Source of the DNA: Phoronis australis
Lineage: Eukaryota > Animalia > Phoronida
Reading direction: 5' to 3'
Length of the DNA: 64,000 bases
NCBI GenBank assembly: GCA_002633005.1
Contig: NMRA01000952.1
Span: 25,817-89,816 of the forward strand
Shown here: piece after piece, positions 61,663-64,000 of the stretch
Layout of the letters: each line of letters opens with the position of its first letter
Position numbering within the stretch: position 1 is the first letter of the stretch
Made by a program: the position numbers and the translations under genes
The notes under the pieces: generated by a model
Seen by the model: the letters and a program-made list of their open reading frames with translations, nothing else
Database searches by the model: none
What the model was told of the DNA's origin: nothing

Positions 61663-64000
61663 GGGATATGGTCAATCGAAATCACAATTCAGAAAGTGCT
61701 ACGCGAGCGATCGTCTGCTTGAAGCCCGGCCGGCAGTTAATTTTGGATAGATATGCCATGTCACTCGAATATTTGATTAACTGGGCTCATGGATTCTTGA
61801 AATATTACTGAAATCAGTTCTTCTGATTTTATATATAAGGCTAGACATCGTACTATAGGCTGGATCTTCTGGCGCTGGTTAGGATGGCCGCAATATACAT
61901 TTACATGTATCTCAGAATCCTTTGTGTACGTGACGTCTCTCGCTATCCATAAAATGGCCATAGCAAATGCCTCACTGTCATGTTCCATTTCGCTTTTAAA
62001 TTACGTAGTTTTAAGGTCAAAGTCCTTGGTGGGGACCCATTCTACAGGAGGGATGTTGGCCAAAACCCCGAGCCAATAAGAGACACATACCCCCCGTGCC
62101 AGAAAAATAAAGGGTATGGAACCATACCTGTATTGTGACTGAACCCTGAGACGTATGACTGCGCTAAACCCTTAGTCATAAGAAAATCTCGAATAACCCG
62201 AGAACGTTAGTTCGGAGGCAGAAACTTTCTCGGATTTTGGTAACGCATGACGAGTTCTAATTACATTGGAAATTTCAGATAAATTATAGTCAGCGGACGC
62301 GAGAAGCTTATTGTCTGATAAGCTCAATTATGTTGTACACCTCCCCTGACGCTAACCGATATTTAAAAATACTATGTGCAAACGACTTTCGACAAATGTG
62401 AAGCAGATGTGTTTTGCAAGAAATACTGTCTACAAAAAAATTTCGAATGGGGAAAAACGGTTGACTTTCCGAGAAATTAGATTTAAATTTCACCCTGTTG
62501 ATTCATTTGTTTGACTGCAAGCTCCGTCCAGCTTAACCAGAGTATTGGGTACCAACACAAAAGGCTTGCTTGACAAGTTTAATAATGGAGCATGATTTTA
62601 GATTAGATTGTGATATGATTGGAAATTTCTTGATTTTTACACTCTAGGGAATGGTATGTAATGAGGCGCGTTGTTTACAAAATAATTGCTGGATTACGTG
62701 AGCTTATCAGATCAAGGCAGACAATAAGAGAGCTGGACTATGTAAAAATTGGTTTGCCACTGTCAAACACATAGCGACCCGGATGTATCCCGCCTGGCCG
62801 ACCAGTCGGTTGGGCAACTCATTCCACAGCGCGCGCGCGTATAACGTCATTTCAGGAAGTTACAAACAACCAAGCAAGCGAGCTCTTATGTTACGATAGA
62901 GTAAGATACTAATCGACAAATTTTTATCCAAACAAGTAATAAACACGGAAAATTTAACCATTTAGAGAATCCTCAAAATTGTACTTTGAATCATTTAATA
63001 CATGTACCTGCTAATGCTGTTGTTCACGATCATCTGACGCCGTCTTCCAGTTGATCTTTCTTGTTCACTGGCTTCCATTCAACATCTAACACTGCACCGT
63101 TCAAGCATAAACTGTCAAGGTATGAAAACCTGTTTATCATAGGTGTAACGGGTTATTAAGTATACCTGTCCATCAGTGCACTCATCAGGTTACACCCAAC
63201 AAGCGAGAAAGACGGTGGTTATCCATACCAAGTTTTCAGTGCTTGTTCAATTTCGACCGACCCGTAATCACACTCGCAATTACACAACCGAGACTTCCCT
63301 CGTGTTTTACGAATCTTTGTTTGTAAATGAAAAATTTTACAACTAGATAAATGCTTATATTTCTTCTTAAAAGTAATACAAAAAGTGATGCAATATTACT
63401 ACCCGCAAATCGAAAACATAATAATAATGAATATAAAACGGATAATTGCTGACAGATACCAAAATCACAAGAGACACTTTCCATGTTATAACAACATATA
63501 TGGTATTAAATGATCTAGATGCAAATACACTGACAAACTCGCGTAAACCCAAGAACACGGAAAGACTAATGATAATTTGATTTGCAGGTCATGTGTCTGA
63601 CGCAGTTGTAAGCTTGTAATTTTTCGCTCGTATTTCCGCTTGAAATTTCGTGTATGTTATGAAGTGTTCAGTGCCCGGTTGCATGAAACAGTCCCAAACA
63701 GCGGGCTCAACTAAATTATCTGAATTTACTGCGTATTTCTTGGCTTATGAAAACATTGGTTGTCCTTTCTTATGCTGTTTAAGTATCACTACTAAGTGGC
63801 GGATCTAGGGTACCATAAGGGGCGGGGCCCAGTATGTTGCCTCTGGGAATTGAGCAAAGCGCTATTGTATGTGCACAGGGACCCGAAATTTGCGGGGCAG
63901 GGATGTGGACATTCTGGTTCGAAAATTCTGTCTCCGTGGACTAAAAAAAATAAAATAAAACGGGAACACGGACCGGAGTCTAAGTCCCCCCCCCATCAGT

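Noticed and set aside
63008-63100. Possible non-coding first exon of the ZP gene (CAG|gtacat donor)
   Set aside because: An acceptor just upstream of ATG 58816 hints at a 5' UTR exon, but this candidate cannot be supported without transcript data.

Overview
This is eukaryotic, intron-rich, AT-rich animal DNA. It is probably a lophotrochozoan such as a mollusc, inferred from gene content and repeat style. It is not prokaryotic, and I found no CRISPR, rRNA or tRNA. Two multi-exon genes were reconstructed by hand on the minus strand with GT-AG introns and consistent phases. The first is a 13-exon SLC23/NAT-family nucleobase-ascorbate transporter (16827->4520, ~641 aa) with a Q-type NAT motif. 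The second is an 8-exon secreted, membrane-anchored zona pellucida (ZP)-domain protein (58816->30227, ~386 aa) whose ZP-C cysteine set is reduced. The only long ORF (50648-54262) is ORF2 of a full-length but inactivated L1/Tx1-like LINE with an 8-bp TSD, inserted into an older CR1-group LINE inside ZP intron 2. Other content includes a Polinton/Maverick relic (pPolB fragment plus a candidate terminus), an adjacent intronless orphan pseudo-ORF, a non-autonomous TIR transposon family with 9-bp TSDs and G-rich subterminal arrays, several MITEs/foldbacks, and satellites. There are also assembly gaps and a probable false duplication. I found no clearly novel multi-gene system. The best leads are the atypical ZP protein, the Polinton relic with its orphan ORF, the 9-bp-TSD element family, and a triplicated splice acceptor.
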